A stretch of DNA of 64,000 nt from Promethearchaeota archaeon (GTDB lineage Archaea > Asgardarchaeota > Lokiarchaeia > Sigyniarchaeales > SOKP01): positions 169,166 to 233,165 of the forward strand of contig JAHPZJ010000013.1 in NCBI GenBank assembly GCA_019058245.1. Direction: 5' to 3'. Below, piece after piece: positions 59,839-64,000 of the stretch. Positions within the stretch are counted from its first letter, which is position 1. Each line of letters opens with the position of its first letter. Both the position numbers and the translations under genes were made by a program. The notes below the pieces were generated by a model, which made no database searches, was not told the origin of the DNA, and worked only from the letters and a program-made list of their open reading frames with translations.

Positions 59839-60321
59839 ATGAATTGGCGTGAAAAGAATGCAGAATTTAATGCTCTAATAAAACAATTATTTCATGATAA
59901 AGATTGGCAAAAAAGATCGGAAGCAGCAAGAAAATTAGGAATGTTAAAGGATGGAAGAGCCACTAATATGATGTGTAGAGCACTAAGAACAGAAAAAGAT
60001 CACACAGTTATTAATAAAATTATTGAAGCATTAGGTAGAATTAGAGATGCTAGAGCTACAATTAGGATAATTGAAAAATTTAAAGAAGAATTAGAAAAAG
60101 ATGAAATAGATAAATTTAGAATAATCTATATAATTGAAAGTTTAACAAAAATCAAGGATCGAAGAGCATTATCATATCTAGGTCCTTTATTAGACTCTTC
60201 TGATGATGATATCAAAAATCTTACAATAAATGCTTTTGAGATAATAGAACCAAAATGGAAAGAAATTATAGAAAGAGAAAGAAACAAATCCATTCAAGAA
60301 ATCTTTAAAATAAAAGACTAA
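59839..60321 (+). CDS. PBS-lyase HEAT-like repeat protein
   Basis: RSEAARKLG...D.RA, IIEALGRIRD.RA, IESLTKIKD.RA. Confidence 0.8.
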   Translation: MNWREKNAEFNALIKQLFHDKDWQKRSEAARKLGMLKDGRATNMMCRALRTEKDHTVINKIIEALGRIRDARATIRIIEKFKEELEKDEIDKFRIIYIIESLTKIKDRRALSYLGPLLDSSDDDIKNLTINAFEIIEPKWKEIIERERNKSIQEIFKIKD

Positions 60322-60453
60322 TCAGCTATTTTTACTATAATTTGCCTCTTTATTAGATTTTTGAATAATAAAGACTTAATAAGTAGTTATTTAAAATTTT
60401 AAAAATGCTCATATTATAAATTAATAATTATTACTCTATAGAAGGAAAGTTAT

Positions 60454-61566
60454 TTGAAAAAGAAAAAATTCTGCTGTTGTTGGGATCTGGAAGGCCCGAT
60501 ATCTATTACTGATTTTGCTGCGGAACTTGCAAGTAAATTAAGTGAAAAAACTAAATTTAAGTTATTAAAATTTAAAATGAGCCAATTTTTTACCATGATT
60601 TCCAACTATGATGATTATTTAATTGATATTCCAGGTGTGAAAGAATCTTTAAATATTCCAGAGTATCAACCAGGAGATACTCTTAGATTGATAGCTCCTT
60701 TATATATTTCATTTTTTAATGAAAGTGAGATGGTTGATTTTGCTAAAAAAAAAATTGGCTTACTCCCTGGTTGTAAGGAATTAATGAAAATTCTAGCTAT
60801 TGACTGGAATATTTTTATAATTTCTACCAGTTATTCTCAATTTGCTTATACGGTTGCTGAAGAATTAAATATTCCAAAAGATCATATCTACTGTACAAAA
60901 TTAAACATTAATCAATTAAAAGAAGGATTGAAAGATATTAATAATAATATTGACATATTGGTACAAGATATATTCAGGAAGTATCTCTCCAAAAATTCAA
61001 ATCTCAAGTTTGTTATTGAGGATTTAAATAGATTCTTCTGGAAAAATCAACAATCGGATTATATAGCGGTTATGAATGAAATAAAAGTTGTTGGAGGAAA
61101 AAGAAAGGAAGCAGCCATTGAAGATATCTCTAAACGAACTAAAATTCCAATTTCTGAGATAATTGCTTTAGGAGATTCAATTACTGATATAAATATGCTC
61201 GAAAGAGTAAAAAAAGAAGGGGGAATTTCTATTTCCTTCAATGGAAATAAATTTACAATACCTAGAGCTAATGTTGCTGTTACAACTTCAAATAGTTTAG
61301 GATTATTACCTATTTTTCAGCAAAAACAAAATATTGAACAATTTTTAACTAAATGGGAAGCTTGTTTTAAAGATTTTCAAAGTGATAAAAAAAAAATTAA
61401 CGATAGCTTAATATCAAAAGAAACTAAAAAAATATTTTTGAAATATAATTTCCTTCCTGAATTTTATAATTTGACTAATAGATCGGAAGATCAACTAAAT
61501 AAAATAATTCTAAGTCAAGAAAAGATGCGAAAATCGGTTAGAGGATGGGCAGGAAATTTAGGGTAG
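60454..61566 (+). CDS. HAD superfamily hydrolase (EhaR/COG4030-like)
   Basis: WDLEGPIS, IISTSY, GG..K, GDSITD, SFNGN. Confidence 0.8.
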   Translation: MKKKKFCCCWDLEGPISITDFAAELASKLSEKTKFKLLKFKMSQFFTMISNYDDYLIDIPGVKESLNIPEYQPGDTLRLIAPLYISFFNESEMVDFAKKKIGLLPGCKELMKILAIDWNIFIISTSYSQFAYTVAEELNIPKDHIYCTKLNINQLKEGLKDINNNIDILVQDIFRKYLSKNSNLKFVIEDLNRFFWKNQQSDYIAVMNEIKVVGGKRKEAAIEDISKRTKIPISEIIALGDSITDINMLERVKKEGGISISFNGNKFTIPRANVAVTTSNSLGLLPIFQQKQNIEQFLTKWEACFKDFQSDKKKINDSLISKETKKIFLKYNFLPEFYNLTNRSEDQLNKIILSQEKMRKSVRGWAGNLG

Positions 61567-61740
61567 ATTATATTTTTAAAATTACTATTTACTACTATAT
61601 CTATAGGATATTGTCTCGTACAAAGCCTTTATTAGTAAAAATTATATTTAAAACCTAACAATTTTAATATGAGAAATAATAGATTTCTCTAATACTTATA
61701 TATTATGTAAATCTAAAAAGATAAAAGTGGTAATTTGCTA

Positions 61741-64000
61741 ATGACAAATCATCTCATGAATTACAGTAAGATAGGTCAAATACTATCGGAAAATATAGAA
61801 GATCTTATATTCATTCTTAATGAGAAATACAACTGTGAATATAATAACTTTCAGCAATATCCATTTAGTAAAAAAATTAATGATTATGTGCATCCACAAG
61901 ATTTCGAACGAGTATCTAGACTTTTAAAAGACATATTTAAAACAGGTTATGGTTCTGAAGAAATTCAATTAAAGGAGGATGGGAAACCCTTCAAATTCTT
62001 TGAAATTAAAGGAAAGAGCTTTATAGATAGTGAAGATAGCAAAAAAAAAGCATTATTGATTTGCAGAGATATTTCTAAATATAAGAAACTTGAACTTGAT
62101 TTAAAAAGGAGTCAAGCAAGTTTTTATGAAATAACAGATTCTTTACCAGAAATTCAATTTTGGAGATTGCTTCAGTCAAGAAAAGGAATAAATGTGGTGC
62201 AGCAGACATCAGAAATGATTCAATTAGTTTTTGATAATATACCTCAACTAATATGTTGGAAAGATACAAATTCGGTCTACATGGGTTGTAATAAGAATTT
62301 TGCTTTCTTAAATAAATTAACAGAACCAATGAGTATTATTGGTCGAAAAGATGAAGATCTTATTTGGCATAAGGGAAAATTTCATAACTTCATAGATAAA
62401 GAACAAGAGGTTATAAGAAATGATAGACCTCAATATCATGCAATTGAATCAATTAATATTTCTGAAAACCAACAGGCTTGGTTCGAAATTAATAGAATTC
62501 CACTACATGATTCAAAAAATAATGTAGTAGGAATTTTAATTACCTATGAAGATATAACTAATCGAAAATTAACTGAACAAAAATTAAGAGAGTCTGAAAA
62601 AAAATACCGTCATCTATTTGAAAGTTCTTCATATTCTATCATTTTAATTGATAAAAAAGGAAAAATTATTGATTATAATCAAACTACTGAGAACATATTT
62701 GGTAGAAAAATAGCAGATCTTAAAAATAAAAACTTTTTAGAGGTAGGTATAAAACCCGAAAAAATAATTCCTATATTTAAACAGCGATATCAATCTATTT
62801 TAAAAGGAATTATCCCTAACCCCATAGAGATTCAAATTTCGCGATCTGTAGATGGGGCTTTAATGTGGATTAGTATAGATGATTCAATAGTTGAGATTGA
62901 TGGAGAGAATATTTTTCAAGTAATAATACAAGATATCACTGAAAAAAAGATAGCTGAAGAAGAATTAACTGCCCTAAATAGAGAACTAGAACAAAAAGTA
63001 TTAGAGAGGACCAAGGACTTAATAGAATCAGAACAACAATATCGTACCACAATTAATTCACTAAATGATCCATTACATGTTGTTAATAAGGATTTGGAGA
63101 TTATTCTATCAAATAATGCATTAAATTCTTGGCTTGCTGAACTAGGTATTGAGAAGCAGATTGTTAATAAAAAAGTATTTGAAGCATTTCCTTTTTTACC
63201 TGATAAAATTTATAAAGAATATGAAGAGGTATTTAATAGTGGGAAGTCAATACTCACAGTGGGAAGCATAATTTTAAATGAGAAAGAAATATTCACAGAA
63301 ACTAGAAAAATTCCAATTTTTAGCGAAGGATCTGTTAACCAAATTATTACAATTATAAGAGATATTTCTGAAAAAATAAAGGCTGAGCAAGAATTAAAAG
63401 AATCAGAAGAAAAATTTAGAAATATCGCAGAACAATCTTTAATGGGAATAACTGTCATACAAGATGGTGTATATAAATATTTTAATGATAAAGTTACTGA
63501 GACCATTGGATATTCAGTAGAAGATATTAAAAGTTGGGGACCTAATGAATTTCTAAAAATTTTCCATCCTGAAGATCGAGAATTTGTAATGGACCAAGTA
63601 CAGAAAAAACAAGCTGGAGATCCAAATGTTATAAATCAATATCAATATAAAATAATAACAAAAGATGGAGTAAGTAAATGGCTTGACATATTTGCTAAAA
63701 CAATAAATTATGAAGGTCATCCTGCAGATTTAGTAATGACATTTAATATTACCGATAAGATAAAAGCTGAGCAAGAATTAAAAGAATCAGAAGAAAAATT
63801 TAGAATTATCACAGAACAATCGTTAGTAGGAATATCTATTATACAAGATGGTAGATATAAATATTTTAATAAAAGATTCTGTGAGATGAATGGATATTCA
63901 CCAGAAGAGATTAATAGTTGGGTTCCTGATGAATTTGCAAAAATTGTCCATCCTGATGATCGAGAATTTGTAATGGAACAAGCCCGTAAAAAACAAGTTG
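61741..64000 (+). CDS. Multi-PAS sensor protein, probably a histidine kinase (3' end outside window)
   Basis: Not in the track. Open from ATG 61741 to the window end, with at least 6 PAS/PAC units (VHPQD, WKD..Y.GCN, DIT.RK..E..L.ESE..YR, HPEDRE). Kinase domain not visible. Confidence 0.88.
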   Translation, partial: MTNHLMNYSKIGQILSENIEDLIFILNEKYNCEYNNFQQYPFSKKINDYVHPQDFERVSRLLKDIFKTGYGSEEIQLKEDGKPFKFFEIKGKSFIDSEDSKKKALLICRDISKYKKLELDLKRSQASFYEITDSLPEIQFWRLLQSRKGINVVQQTSEMIQLVFDNIPQLICWKDTNSVYMGCNKNFAFLNKLTEPMSIIGRKDEDLIWHKGKFHNFIDKEQEVIRNDRPQYHAIESINISENQQAWFEINRIPLHDSKNNVVGILITYEDITNRKLTEQKLRESEKKYRHLFESSSYSIILIDKKGKIIDYNQTTENIFGRKIADLKNKNFLEVGIKPEKIIPIFKQRYQSILKGIIPNPIEIQISRSVDGALMWISIDDSIVEIDGENIFQVIIQDITEKKIAEEELTALNRELEQKVLERTKDLIESEQQYRTTINSLNDPLHVVNKDLEIILSNNALNSWLAELGIEKQIVNKKVFEAFPFLPDKIYKEYEEVFNSGKSILTVGSIILNEKEIFTETRKIPIFSEGSVNQIITIIRDISEKIKAEQELKESEEKFRNIAEQSLMGITVIQDGVYKYFNDKVTETIGYSVEDIKSWGPNEFLKIFHPEDREFVMDQVQKKQAGDPNVINQYQYKIITKDGVSKWLDIFAKTINYEGHPADLVMTFNITDKIKAEQELKESEEKFRIITEQSLVGISIIQDGRYKYFNKRFCEMNGYSPEEINSWVPDEFAKIVHPDDREFVMEQARKKQV
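63376..64000 (+). repeat. Tandem 384-bp PAS-coding duplication
   Basis: GCTGAGCAAGAATTAAAAGAATCAGAAGAAAAATTTAGA at 63382 and 63766; ATCGAGAATTTGTAATGGA and AAAAAACAAG also recur at the same offset. Confidence 0.85.

Noticed and set aside
725-63506. Short track ORFs antisense to or nested in long genes (e.g. 725-928, 1118-1378, 5208-5627, 17958-18314, 39613-40224, 46638-46964, 62075-62329, 63210-63506)
   Set aside because: Shadow ORFs of well-supported genes, with no motifs of their own.
1-64000. tRNA, rRNA, CRISPR arrays, IS elements, integrases
   Set aside because: No GC-rich structured-RNA islands, regularly spaced repeats or transposase/integrase motifs seen by eye; tRNAscan-SE and Infernal would be needed to exclude small RNAs.

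Overview
AT-rich, gene-dense archaeal chromosomal DNA. Gene content (longin-fused small GTPase, RING-type proteins, HEAT repeats, multi-PAS sensor, archaeal MetRS, GGTG/GGAGG-type ribosome-binding sites) points to an Asgard archaeon, most likely Lokiarchaeia; this is an inference. I saw no rRNA, tRNA, CRISPR array or transposase. The centrepiece is a 12-gene minus-strand operon (about 10.9-20.8 kb) with a divergent Lrp regulator. It joins a full sulfur-relay set (tusA, dsrE/F/H, dsrE2, second tusA) to hdrCBA-mvhD, an MvhG-like small subunit with no large subunit, and a mosaic FrhB protein carrying an inserted GltD/NfnB-type NAD(P)H module. This is a candidate persulfide/heterodisulfide-reducing, flavin-bifurcating system. 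Other notable items: a highly divergent RtcB-like ligase; a VWA plus two-RING-like protein resembling TFIIH p44/Rpn10; two genes apparently lacking canonical start codons (hdrC at ACG, glucoamylase at ATT or by read-through); a four-member small-protein family with a shared C-terminal motif; a split Pls-like TM/beta-helix pair; a J-domain protein ending in an HbYX-like tail; and several pseudogene remnants. All family calls come from motif recognition by eye, not database searches.
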